A DNA stretch of 64,000 bases from Vicinamibacterales bacterium (GTDB taxonomy: Bacteria; Acidobacteriota; Vicinamibacteria; Vicinamibacterales; JAMQPK01). Positions 28,681 to 37,479 of the stretch are shown here, in pieces. The notes under the pieces are model-generated. The model was not told the DNA's origin. It ran no database searches and saw only the letters and a list, made by a program, of their open reading frames with translations. The DNA is taken from assembly GCA_023717525.1 (NCBI GenBank), contig JAMQPK010000220.1:8604-72603 (forward strand). Direction: 5' to 3'. Each line of letters begins with the position of its first letter. Position 1 is the stretch's first letter. The position numbers and the translations under genes were made by a program.

Positions 28681-30243
28681 GTGAGCGAGCGATCACTCAG
28701 CCGCCGCGACCTGCTTCGCGGAGGAAGGGACGTGGGCGGCCTGCTGGCGTTGTCTGCGCTGCCACTCGAAGCGGCTCAGACGGCTCTTCGCAGTGCGCCA
28801 GACGTTTACCAGTCGATCGGCGTCCGGCCGCTCATAAACGCCCGCGGCACGTTCACGATCATCAGCGGCTCGCTCATGCTGCCCGAGGTCCGCGCCGCCA
28901 TGGACGCGGCCGCGAAACACTACGTGCACCTGGACGAACTGGCGGAAGCGGTCGGCGCTCGGCTCGCCGTGCTCACGAAGGCCGAATGGGGCCTCGTGAC
29001 GGCAGGCTGCAGCGCGGGCCTGACGCTTGCCACGGCCGCCTGTGTCGCCGGCGGCAACCCCGACCTCCACATCCGCGTACCGAATCTGGCGGGCTTCCCC
29101 AGGGACGAAGTCATCATCCCGAAGCATTCCCGCAACGTGTACGACGCGGCCCTGCGAACAGTCGGGGTCCGTGTGATCGAGGTCGAGACCGTTGCCGAGC
29201 TCGAGTCGGCGCTCGGCCCGCGCACCGCGATGATCTACATCATGGCGAGCCCGCGCGTCGACGCGAGTCCGCTCAACTTGAAGGCGATGGCTGCGATCGC
29301 GCAATCGAGAGGAGTCCCGATTCTCGTCGACGCGGCGGCGGAAGTTCTGACGATCCCCAACGTGCACCTCCAGAATGGCGCGTCGCTCGTGGGTTACAGC
29401 GGCGGCAAGTGCTTGCGCGGCCCGCAGACCGCTGGTTTGCTGCTCGGCCGAAAGGATCTCGTGAAGGCCGCATGGGTTCACAGCGCCCCGCATCACGGGC
29501 CCGGCCGTGCGCTGAAAGTCGGAAAAGAGGAAGCCATCGGGATGCTGATGGCCGTCGAGATGTGGGTCAAGCGGGATCACGACGCGGAATGGAAGCAGTG
29601 GACGTCAATGCTCGACCACGTTGACGGCCGCATGCGTCAAATTGCCGGCGTGACGACGGTGGTCAGCCAGCCGAATGGTCTTTCCAATCGGACACCGTCG
29701 CTGCGGGTGCTCTGGGATCCCGCGGTCCGCGGACTCACGAGCGATGCCGTCGTGCGCACGCTGCTCGAGACCGAACCTCGAATCGCAACGGCTGGAACAC
29801 GGCAGGACAAGCTGAGCGGAGTGTCCATCACGCCCTACATGATGTCCCCTGGAGACGAGAAGATCGTCGCCGATCGTTTGGCTGCCGTGCTCTCGGCGGG
29901 CCGGCCTTCTAGCGTGTCTGCCCGATCGTCGGCGCCGGTCGCCGATGTTACCGGCCGATGGGACGTGCGCATCGACTACGCGGCAGCTCGATCGACGCAC
30001 ACCCTCTACTTACGGCAGCGTGGCAGCGACATCGATGGCTCCCACCAGGGCGAGTTCATCACCCGCGACGTGTCGGGCACGATCGACGGCGACGCCATCC
30101 GGCTCCGCAGCGCATTCAGCGAGGAGCACGGCGATGCGATTACGTTCGTCTTTACGGGAAAATTGACTGGCAGCGCGATGTCCGGGGCGCTGGACATGGG
30201 CGAGTATCTCGGCGCCACGTGGACGGCCACGCGACGGGGATGA
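28681..30243 (+). CDS. SelA/DgaE-like PLP-dependent enzyme with a Tat signal and an extra C-terminal beta domain
   Basis: AGGAGG RBS; SRRDLLRG Tat motif; GVRPLINARGTFT, VDAAAE, PLP-Lys motif YSGGKCLRGPQ, KVGKEE; tail VTGRWDVRI...WTATR. Confidence 0.85.
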   Translation: MSERSLSRRDLLRGGRDVGGLLALSALPLEAAQTALRSAPDVYQSIGVRPLINARGTFTIISGSLMLPEVRAAMDAAAKHYVHLDELAEAVGARLAVLTKAEWGLVTAGCSAGLTLATAACVAGGNPDLHIRVPNLAGFPRDEVIIPKHSRNVYDAALRTVGVRVIEVETVAELESALGPRTAMIYIMASPRVDASPLNLKAMAAIAQSRGVPILVDAAAEVLTIPNVHLQNGASLVGYSGGKCLRGPQTAGLLLGRKDLVKAAWVHSAPHHGPGRALKVGKEEAIGMLMAVEMWVKRDHDAEWKQWTSMLDHVDGRMRQIAGVTTVVSQPNGLSNRTPSLRVLWDPAVRGLTSDAVVRTLLETEPRIATAGTRQDKLSGVSITPYMMSPGDEKIVADRLAAVLSAGRPSSVSARSSAPVADVTGRWDVRIDYAAARSTHTLYLRQRGSDIDGSHQGEFITRDVSGTIDGDAIRLRSAFSEEHGDAITFVFTGKLTGSAMSGALDMGEYLGATWTATRRG

Positions 30244-31496
30244 TCGTCGATCGTCGATCGTCCATCGTCCATCGTCGATCGTCCATCGTCGTGGTGATCG
30301 GCATGCTTGCGCTTGCCGCAACGCTGCCGGCGGCAGCGCCGAAGTACGACCTTGTACTGCGCGGCGGACATGTGATCGACCCGCGCAACGGGATCAGCGG
30401 CATCCGCGATGTCGCGGTGGCTGGCCGGACAATCGCCAGTGTGGCGGCCAGCATCAGCCCCGCCGATGCGTCGAAGGTGATTGATGTCTCGGGTTTGTAT
30501 GTGGTCCCCGGCCTGGTCGACATCCACACGCACGTCTATGCCGGGACGGGGGAGAAGGATTCCTACGCCGGCGACCTCAGCGTTTACCCGGACACGTTTG
30601 CGCTGCGTTCGGGTGTCACAACCGTTGCCGATGCCGGTAGTTCTGGCTGGCGGAACTTCGAAGACTTCAAACAGCGCATCATTGATCGCTCGACGACGCG
30701 CGTCCTGGCGTTTCTCAACATCGTCGGCCAGGGAATGCGCGGCGGCAAGTTCGAGCAGGATCTCGGCGACATGATGGTGCAACCGGCTGCCGATATGGCT
30801 CGGCGGTATCCTGGCGTCATCATCGGCATCAAGACCGCGCACTACTCAGGGCCGGAGTGGACGCCGGTCGACCACGCTGTCGAGGCCGGCACCCTTGCCG
30901 GTGTTCCCGTGATGGTCGATTTCGGCGCGAACAAGCCCGAGCGTCCGGTTGCCGATCTGTTGACGATGAAACTGCGGCCTGGCGACATCTATACTCATGT
31001 GTTTTCGGGATTACGCGGCGAGCTCGACGGCGCGGGACGCCTCAACCCGGGGCTGGCTGCGGGGCGGAAACGCGGTGTGCTGTTTGATTTGGGGCACGGT
31101 GCTCGAAGCTTCAGGTGGGACGTTGCCCAGGCGGCCATGAAGGAACAGTTTCTGCCGGACACGATTTCCACGGACCTGCATCTGGAGAGCATGAACGGCG
31201 CAATGAAGGACGTGTTGAACGTGATGAGCAAGTGTCTCGTGCTCGGGCTGACGGTCGATCAGATCGTGCAGCGCGCGACCTGGAACGCCGCGCGCGCGAT
31301 CAAGCAGGACGGTCTGGGGCACTTGTCCCCTGGCGCCGGCGCCGACATCGCGGTGCTCCGATTGGAACGCGGAAGCGTCGGGTTGCCCGATGCGTACGGC
31401 AGCAGGCTCGAAGGGGCTGGGCGCTTTCTGAACGAGCTGACGGTACGGGATGGGAAGATTGTCTACGATCTCAACGGCATTGCCATCAGGAGGTGA
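30240..31496 (+). CDS. Amidohydrolase/deacetylase-family metallohydrolase (dihydroorotase-like), exported
   Basis: ATGA overlap with the upstream gene; hydrophobic signal; LRGGHVIDP, PGLVDIHTH, GVTTVADAGS, IGIK, PGDIYTH, FDLGHG..SF, PDTISTDLH. Start may instead be GTG 30291 or ATG 30303. Confidence 0.85.
   Translation: MIVDRRSSIVHRRSSIVVVIGMLALAATLPAAAPKYDLVLRGGHVIDPRNGISGIRDVAVAGRTIASVAASISPADASKVIDVSGLYVVPGLVDIHTHVYAGTGEKDSYAGDLSVYPDTFALRSGVTTVADAGSSGWRNFEDFKQRIIDRSTTRVLAFLNIVGQGMRGGKFEQDLGDMMVQPAADMARRYPGVIIGIKTAHYSGPEWTPVDHAVEAGTLAGVPVMVDFGANKPERPVADLLTMKLRPGDIYTHVFSGLRGELDGAGRLNPGLAAGRKRGVLFDLGHGARSFRWDVAQAAMKEQFLPDTISTDLHLESMNGAMKDVLNVMSKCLVLGLTVDQIVQRATWNAARAIKQDGLGHLSPGAGADIAVLRLERGSVGLPDAYGSRLEGAGRFLNELTVRDGKIVYDLNGIAIRR
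30243..30291. repeat. Heptamer tandem array, 7 x ATCGTC(G/C)
   Basis: ATCGTCG ATCGTCG ATCGTCC ATCGTCC ATCGTCG ATCGTCC ATCGTCG, directly after ATG 30240. Confidence 0.92.
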
Positions 31497-31497
31497 C

Positions 31498-31968
31498 ATG
31501 AAGAAGTCGAATCGACGAAAGTTCCTCGCGCAGACGTCTGCGGTTGCCGCGGCTGTTGCGCTGCCCTCACGGGCTCAGGCGCAGGCGCGTCCCGCGGGCG
31601 CCCCAGCGAAAAAAGTTCATTGGAGCGGCGGCAAGCCACCTGCGAAGACGCCGTTGTTCAGCGGTGTCGTGTCGTACGGCAACCTTGTGTTCGTGTCCGG
31701 CATCGGCGCGCATTTCGAAGGAGACATCAAGGCGCACACCAAGCATGTGCTCGACGAGATTCAAAAGGCGCTGGAGTCGGTCGGATCATCAATGGAAAAA
31801 GTGTTGAAGGTGAATGTGTACCTGAACGACTTGAAGGACTACGCGGGGATGAACGAGATGTTCCTGGGCCGCTTCGGCCCCGAGCCTGGCGTCCGGACGA
31901 CGATCGCGGCAGCCGGCGGAATACCCGGAAACTCCCTCGTCGAGATCGATTGCATCGCATGCCTCTGA
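31498..31968 (+). CDS. RidA/YjgF-family protein with a Tat signal
   Basis: GGAGG RBS; SNRRKFLAQ...AQA; NLVFVSG, VLKVNVYL.D..DYAGMNE.F, RTT (catalytic Arg), LVEIDCIA. Confidence 0.88.
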   Translation: MKKSNRRKFLAQTSAVAAAVALPSRAQAQARPAGAPAKKVHWSGGKPPAKTPLFSGVVSYGNLVFVSGIGAHFEGDIKAHTKHVLDEIQKALESVGSSMEKVLKVNVYLNDLKDYAGMNEMFLGRFGPEPGVRTTIAAAGGIPGNSLVEIDCIACL

Positions 31969-32426
31969 TCGAGCCAGGGAAAAAAGCACCGGCCTTCGCG
32001 CTGAAGGATCAGCGGGGCAAAACCCGCAAGCTCGCCGACTATGCAGGGCGACCGGTGATTCTGTACTTCTATCCGAAGGACGACACGCCAGGCTGCACGA
32101 AGCAGGCTTGCGCGTTTCAAGACAATCTGCCGCGATTCAAGGCGAGCAAGGCCGCGGTGCTTGGTGTGAGCATCCTCGACGAAGCCAGCAAAGCGCGGTT
32201 CGCCGAGAAGTACAAACTATCGTTCCCGCTACTGGCCGACGACGATCACGCCGTGGCGGAGAAGTACGGCGTCTGGCAGCAAAAATCGCTGTACGGCCGC
32301 TCGTTCATGGGCAACGTACGAACGACGTATCTGATTGGCGGCGATGGAAAAATTGCGAAACGCTGGGACAAGGTGAAAGTTGACGGCCACGCAGACGAGG
32401 TGCTCGAGGCCGTCAACGCGATCTAG
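31959..32426 (+). CDS. bcp: Thioredoxin-dependent peroxiredoxin Bcp
   Basis: APAFALKDQ, LYFYPKDDTPGCTKQAC, FPLLAD, RTTYLI. Confidence 0.92.
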   Translation: MPLIEPGKKAPAFALKDQRGKTRKLADYAGRPVILYFYPKDDTPGCTKQACAFQDNLPRFKASKAAVLGVSILDEASKARFAEKYKLSFPLLADDDHAVAEKYGVWQQKSLYGRSFMGNVRTTYLIGGDGKIAKRWDKVKVDGHADEVLEAVNAI

Positions 32427-32429
32427 GTC

Positions 32430-32621
32430 TTACTCGATGACGATCTTTGCGACGGCGGGCAGGCGGTCGACCTTGCCTGCCACGATTTCCATCTGAGCGA
32501 GCGTCGTTTTCTTGTGATCGCCGGCGACGCGCGGGATGCAGCCGCGCACGAGCTGCTGGGTTCTCAGGACGGCAATAGAGACGAATTCGAACGCATTGGA
32601 CGTCGCCGATCTATTGATCAC
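32430..32621 (-). CDS. rpoZ: RNA polymerase omega-subunit-like small protein (stand-alone)
   Basis: NAFEFVSIAVLRTQQL..G..P....K.TTLAQMEIVAGKV matches the omega pattern; GGGAG RBS before the GTG. Confidence 0.65.
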   Translation of the reverse strand: MINRSATSNAFEFVSIAVLRTQQLVRGCIPRVAGDHKKTTLAQMEIVAGKVDRLPAVAKIVIE

Positions 32622-32750
32622 TGATGGCTCCCTATCTTGGCTTCAATGAGGGCTGGAACCTGGCCCGGGCGAGACCGGGGATTGAGGGCAGAGCTCAGGA
32701 AAGCGAGTAAGACTCAAGTATACTTCGATATCCCGAGACGGAGCAGCATC

Positions 32751-33761
32751 ATGAAGACGCGAACGACACCGTACGCCTGGGCCGTCGCCTGCACGGTTGC
32801 AGCCACCCTTGCCGCCGTGTCGAGCGGGTTGTCTTCGCAGGGGCTCCAAGGCCCGAATCCCGACACGTCGTACCACCTTGGCCCCGATTCGCTCCCACAG
32901 GACGGTGTGCCAAAAGGGGAAATTCGCGGCCCGTTCAGCCTGTCCAGCCAGGCGTATCCGGGAACGCAGCATACGTATTGGGTCTACGTCCCGGCGCAGT
33001 ATCGATCTTCCGTGCCGGCGAGCCTGATGATTTTTCAGGACGGGCAGGCGTTCAAGAACCCGGACGGAAATCTTCGCGCGCACAACGTGATGGACAACCT
33101 GATTTACCGGCGCGAGATACCAGTGATGATCGGCGTGTTCATCAATCCCGGCCGCCGGCCCGACCAGCCGGAGCCCACGCCGCAGAACTGGGGCGATCGC
33201 GACACCAACCGTCCGACCGAATACAACACGCTCGATGACAAGTATGCGCGGGTCATTGTCGATGAGCTCATGCCCGTGCTGCATAAGGACTTCAACATCT
33301 CGAACGATCCGGAGCGTCACGGCATCGGAGGCGCCAGCTCTGGCGCCATCGCCGCGTTTACGGTCGCGTGGCAGCGTCCCAACGATTTTCGCAAAGTGCT
33401 GAGCATCGTCGGCAGCTTCGTGAATCTGCGCGGTGGCCACGCGTATGCCGACATCGTCCAGGAGAGCGAGAAGAAGCCCATCCGGATCTATTTGCAGGAC
33501 GGCCGGAACGACAATCGAGGTACGGGGCGCGGCGGCGAGTACGACGAGACACGCGACTGGTTCCTTCAGAACGTGCGCCTCATGAAGGCGCTGACCGGCA
33601 AGGGCTACGACGTGAACTACTCGTGGGGACTGAATCGCCACGACCAGGCGATGGGCGGTGCTATTCTGCCGGACATGATGCGCTGGTTGTGGCGCGATCA
33701 TCCGGTTTCTGTGGATGCGAACGACGCTGTCGAGCGGTCGTTCAATGAACCTGGCAAATAA
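32751..33761 (+). CDS. Exported Fes/IroE-type alpha/beta esterase
   Basis: Signal peptide; [32 protein letters not shown] nucleophile elbow, FRKVLS.VGSF. Confidence 0.85.
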   Translation: MKTRTTPYAWAVACTVAATLAAVSSGLSSQGLQGPNPDTSYHLGPDSLPQDGVPKGEIRGPFSLSSQAYPGTQHTYWVYVPAQYRSSVPASLMIFQDGQAFKNPDGNLRAHNVMDNLIYRREIPVMIGVFINPGRRPDQPEPTPQNWGDRDTNRPTEYNTLDDKYARVIVDELMPVLHKDFNISNDPERHGIGGASSGAIAAFTVAWQRPNDFRKVLSIVGSFVNLRGGHAYADIVQESEKKPIRIYLQDGRNDNRGTGRGGEYDETRDWFLQNVRLMKALTGKGYDVNYSWGLNRHDQAMGGAILPDMMRWLWRDHPVSVDANDAVERSFNEPGK

Positions 33762-33776
33762 CGAACGGGAGAACTT

Positions 33777-35840
33777 ATGTCGCGTCGAACACTAGGTGTG
33801 ATGCTGCCGGCGATTCTGCTTGGGTGCCTGTTTATTCGTCCATCGACGCCTGTATCGGGACAGAGTGGTGTGACGGGCGGCGAATGGCCCCATTGGGGCG
33901 GCGACCATGGGAACACCAAGTACTCGCCGCTCGATCAGATCAATCGCGACAACGTGAAAAATCTGCGGATCGCCTGGCGCTGGAAATCCGAAAACTACGG
34001 AGCGCGGCCGCAGAACAACATGGAAGCCACGCCGCTGATGATCGGCGGCGTGCTCTACACGACCGCCGGTGTCCGCCCCAACGTCGTCGCTATCGACGGC
34101 GCGACGGGCGAAACGCTCTGGAGCTATCGCATCGATGAAGGGGAGCGCGGCGACATCGCGCCGCGAAGCGTCTCTCGCGGCGTCGAATACTGGACCGATG
34201 GAAAGCAGTCGCGCATCATTCTGGTGACGCGCGGCTATCGTCTGGTGTCGCTCGATGCAAAGACCGGTTTGCCCGATCCCGCGTTCGGGCGAGGCGGCGT
34301 GGTCGACTTGTACGAGGATTTCGATCAGCCCGCGCCGAAAAATGGCGTCATCAGCTCCACCTCTCCAGCCGTCGTCGTCAGAAACGTGGTCATCATGGGC
34401 GCCGCGATGGTCGGGGGCACGGCGCCGCGATCGAAGGAAAACACGAAAGGCTACATTCGTGGCTTCGACGTGCGCACGGGCAAGCGTTTGTGGACGTTCC
34501 ACACCGTTCCGAATCCCGGGGAATTCGGCAACGATACCTGGCTGAACGATTCGTGGGCGTACACGGGGAACACGGCTGTCTGGTCGCCGTTCTCGGCCGA
34601 CGACGATCTTGGTTACGTCTATCTTCCTGTCGAATCGGCAACGGGCGATTTCTACGGTGGACACCGACCTGGGAATAACCTTTTTGCGGGCAGCCTTGTG
34701 TGTCTGGATGCGCGGACCGGGAAGCGCATCTGGCATCAGCAGCTCGTGCACCACGACATCTGGGACTACGACCTGGCGTCGCCGCCGACGCTCATCAACA
34801 TTACCGTCAACGGCAAGCCGATTCGTGCCGTCGCGCAGACGACCAAGTGGGGCTATCTGTTTGCCTTCGATCGCGTGAACGGCACGCCGGTGTGGCCGAT
34901 TGAAGAGCGCCGCGTGGAGGCAGGCACGGTTCCGAGCGAATGGTACTCGCCTACCCAGCCGCACCCAACCAAGCCGGCACCTTACGATCGTCAAGGGGTG
35001 AGCGAACAGGATCTCATCGACTTCACACCAGAACTGAACGCTGAAGCACGCGCGATCATCAAGGAATACAAGATCGGCCCGCTCTTCACGCCGCCAATCG
35101 TCGGAGGCACCGATGGATTGCGGGGAACGCTGCAGATTCCGGCGGCGCAAGGTGCAGCGCTATGGCAAGGCGCAGCGTGGGATCCGGAAACCAACATGCT
35201 GTACGTGCCGTCTGTTACCAACATGACCAACAACGCCTTGCAGCCTGGCACCGGACGCTCGGACATGAACTTCATTGGCGGTGGCGGCGGTGGCGGCGGA
35301 CGGGGCGCACCTCCACCAGAAGAAGGCGCCGGCGGCGCACGCCGCGGCGGCGGCGGTGGCCGTGGCGGCGCGGCACCCACTCTCGGTCCTGGTGTTGGCC
35401 GTGGTCCCTGGGGTATCGGTCCGCAGGGCCTTCCGCTCGTAAAGCCACCCTACGGAAGAATCACGGCGTACAACATGAACACGGGTGATATCGCGTGGCA
35501 GGTTGCCAACGGCGACACCTACGAGTGGATCAAGACGCACCCAGCCCTCAAAGGGTTGACTATTCCGCGCACCGGGCGCGCCGACGAAGGCGGCATCGTC
35601 GTGACCAAGACGCTGGCCTTTGCCGGGCAAGGCTGCGGGCTGTTCCGAGGCGGCGGCGGCGGCGGCAACATGTTCGTCGCCTACGACAAGGCGACGGGTG
35701 CTGTTGTGCACGAAATGCCGCTGCCGGCCAACACGTGCGGGAATCCGATGACCTACATGGTGAACGGGAAGCAGTACCTCGCCGTGTCGATCGGCGCTCA
35801 GAACTTTCCCGCGGAGGTCATCGCGCTGACGCTTCCGTAG
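33777..35840 (+). CDS. PQQ-dependent (glucose/quinate-type) dehydrogenase, periplasmic
   Basis: YSPLDQINRDNVKNLRIAW, EATPLMIGG, RGVEYW, GYIRGFDVRTG, HHDIWDYD, SPTQP, KPPYGRITA, PMTYMVNGKQY. Confidence 0.9.
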   Translation: MSRRTLGVMLPAILLGCLFIRPSTPVSGQSGVTGGEWPHWGGDHGNTKYSPLDQINRDNVKNLRIAWRWKSENYGARPQNNMEATPLMIGGVLYTTAGVRPNVVAIDGATGETLWSYRIDEGERGDIAPRSVSRGVEYWTDGKQSRIILVTRGYRLVSLDAKTGLPDPAFGRGGVVDLYEDFDQPAPKNGVISSTSPAVVVRNVVIMGAAMVGGTAPRSKENTKGYIRGFDVRTGKRLWTFHTVPNPGEFGNDTWLNDSWAYTGNTAVWSPFSADDDLGYVYLPVESATGDFYGGHRPGNNLFAGSLVCLDARTGKRIWHQQLVHHDIWDYDLASPPTLINITVNGKPIRAVAQTTKWGYLFAFDRVNGTPVWPIEERRVEAGTVPSEWYSPTQPHPTKPAPYDRQGVSEQDLIDFTPELNAEARAIIKEYKIGPLFTPPIVGGTDGLRGTLQIPAAQGAALWQGAAWDPETNMLYVPSVTNMTNNALQPGTGRSDMNFIGGGGGGGGRGAPPPEEGAGGARRGGGGGRGGAAPTLGPGVGRGPWGIGPQGLPLVKPPYGRITAYNMNTGDIAWQVANGDTYEWIKTHPALKGLTIPRTGRADEGGIVVTKTLAFAGQGCGLFRGGGGGGNMFVAYDKATGAVVHEMPLPANTCGNPMTYMVNGKQYLAVSIGAQNFPAEVIALTLP

Positions 35841-35857
35841 GTCGCGTGAACGCTGTC

Positions 35858-37393
35858 TCAGCCTGCCGGTTCGAGGTCGGTGGAGAAGACTGTCTCGCCG
35901 GCGAGGTTGACCAGGCGTACGGTCATCACACGTGTTGCGGCGCTGATGCGGACGAGACCAAAAAACTGCAGTCCTCCCAATGGGCCGGGATATGAGGGTA
36001 GGCCGGCTGGTACTCCATTGAAGCGGACTTCCGGGCCGAAGGTGTTATCGAGCGCCGCAGGCGCACCGGTTCCTGCATGGATAGGTCCGGCGACAAATTC
36101 CCAGAACGGCAGGAAATCCTTGAACTGCGCGCGCTCCGGGTCGTAGTGATGCGCGGCGGCGTAATGGACGTCGGCAGTGACCCACACGACGTTCCTGATC
36201 TGGCGCTGTCGAATGAAGCGCAGAAGGTCGGCGACTTCCAACTCGCGCCCCAGAGGCTCTCCGTTTCCGTTGGCGAACGCCTCGAAGTTGTCGCCGTCTC
36301 GTACGATCAGCCCGATCGGCAGATCGCTGGCGATCACTTTCCACGCCGCCTTCGACGAGGCCAGGCGGCCCTTCAGCCACTCGATCTGAGCCGGACCTGC
36401 GAGCTGCGACTCAGCGGTTCGCGTCGCCTGTCGATTTGTCGTGTTGGGCCCCCGGTAGGTCCGGAGATCGAGCGTGAAGACATCGAGCAGCGGCCCGTAC
36501 GGACACTGGCGAAAGATCGGAGGTCGGTCGCCTGGTTCCAGGCGAATGGGCACATGTTCGAGGAACGCGCGCCTCGCGTTCGAGCTCAGTGCCGCAACGC
36601 TCTTGATTGTGTACCGGTCGTCGCCTTCGAGGGTCTGCTGCGGGTACCAGTTATTGCGGACTTCGTGATCGTCCCACAGCGCTATCTGGGGTACCTCCGC
36701 ATTGAATCGACGAACGTGCTCGTCGAGCAGGTTATAGAGGTGGTTTCCGCGGAACTCGTCGAGCGTTTCGGCAACCTTCGACTTCGCGGGCGTGACGACG
36801 TTCTTCCAGATGCCGCCATCCGGCAGCCGCACCTCTTCCACCAGCGGCCCATCCGCATAGACTGTGTCGCCGCAATGAATGAAGAAGTCCGGTTGCGCGC
36901 GCCGCATCGTCTCGAACATCTTCAAGCCGCCCCACTGGAGATTGATGCCCCAGCCCTGACCGACAGTGTCTGCCGCCCACGCGAAGCTGAGGTCGCCCGG
37001 CCGCGCCGGCGCAGAAAGAAAACTGCCCTGTGAGGGCAGGCTCTGATTGCGCGAATCGCGAAGATCCTCGAAACGAACGCGGTAGAAGATCCGCTGGCCT
37101 GACGGAAGGCCTGAAAGGTCGATCCGGGCCGTGAAGCCCGATTCTGCGCGAGCCACCGAACCGGCCGCTCGCTGAATGTTCTGGAATGACTCGGTCGTCG
37201 ACCACTCGACCAGCATTCGGGAGGCTCGATCGCTGCGGCTCCAGACGATTGCGCGGTTGCCGGTGACGTCACCGGCGGCTGTGCCGTAGCTGATTGAGGG
37301 TCGTGAGGATTCCTGGCGGAGCACAGCAGGGGCAAATGCAAATGCCCCTGCTGCACGTGTTGTCGTCGAAAGAAAACGGCGCCTGCCGATCAA
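35858..37393 (-). CDS. phoD: Alkaline phosphatase D, Tat-exported
   Basis: GRRRFL Tat motif; PDFFIHCGDTVYAD, WDDHEVRNNW, LDLRTYR, TADVHY. Confidence 0.92.
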   Translation of the reverse strand: MIGRRRFLSTTTRAAGAFAFAPAVLRQESSRPSISYGTAAGDVTGNRAIVWSRSDRASRMLVEWSTTESFQNIQRAAGSVARAESGFTARIDLSGLPSGQRIFYRVRFEDLRDSRNQSLPSQGSFLSAPARPGDLSFAWAADTVGQGWGINLQWGGLKMFETMRRAQPDFFIHCGDTVYADGPLVEEVRLPDGGIWKNVVTPAKSKVAETLDEFRGNHLYNLLDEHVRRFNAEVPQIALWDDHEVRNNWYPQQTLEGDDRYTIKSVAALSSNARRAFLEHVPIRLEPGDRPPIFRQCPYGPLLDVFTLDLRTYRGPNTTNRQATRTAESQLAGPAQIEWLKGRLASSKAAWKVIASDLPIGLIVRDGDNFEAFANGNGEPLGRELEVADLLRFIRQRQIRNVVWVTADVHYAAAHHYDPERAQFKDFLPFWEFVAGPIHAGTGAPAALDNTFGPEVRFNGVPAGLPSYPGPLGGLQFFGLVRISAATRVMTVRLVNLAGETVFSTDLEPAG

Positions 37394-37396
37394 CGC

Positions 37397-37466
37397 TGGT
37401 CCTTGGTCCTTCGTCCTTCGTCCTTGGTCCCGACGATGGACGATGGGCCATCGACGATGGACGATG
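37397..37466. repeat. Bipartite heptamer array (10 units) able to fold as an imperfect hairpin
   Basis: TGGTCCT TGGTCCT TCGTCCT TCGTCCT TGGTCCC | GACGATG GACGATG GGCCATC GACGATG GACGATG; fills most of the aldolase-phoD spacer. Confidence 0.9.
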
Positions 37467-37479
37467 GACGGCCGTCAGC

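Noticed and set aside
28681-30243. Selenocysteine synthase selA / selenoprotein system
   Set aside because: No selB, selC or selD nearby; the Tat signal and amidohydrolase/RidA context fit the DgaE-like branch.
32647-32700. Possible sixth heptamer array (TGAGGGC TGGAACC ... TGAGGGC AGAGCTC) upstream of the omega-like gene
   Set aside because: The period breaks and the units lack the GTC core; too degenerate to support by eye.
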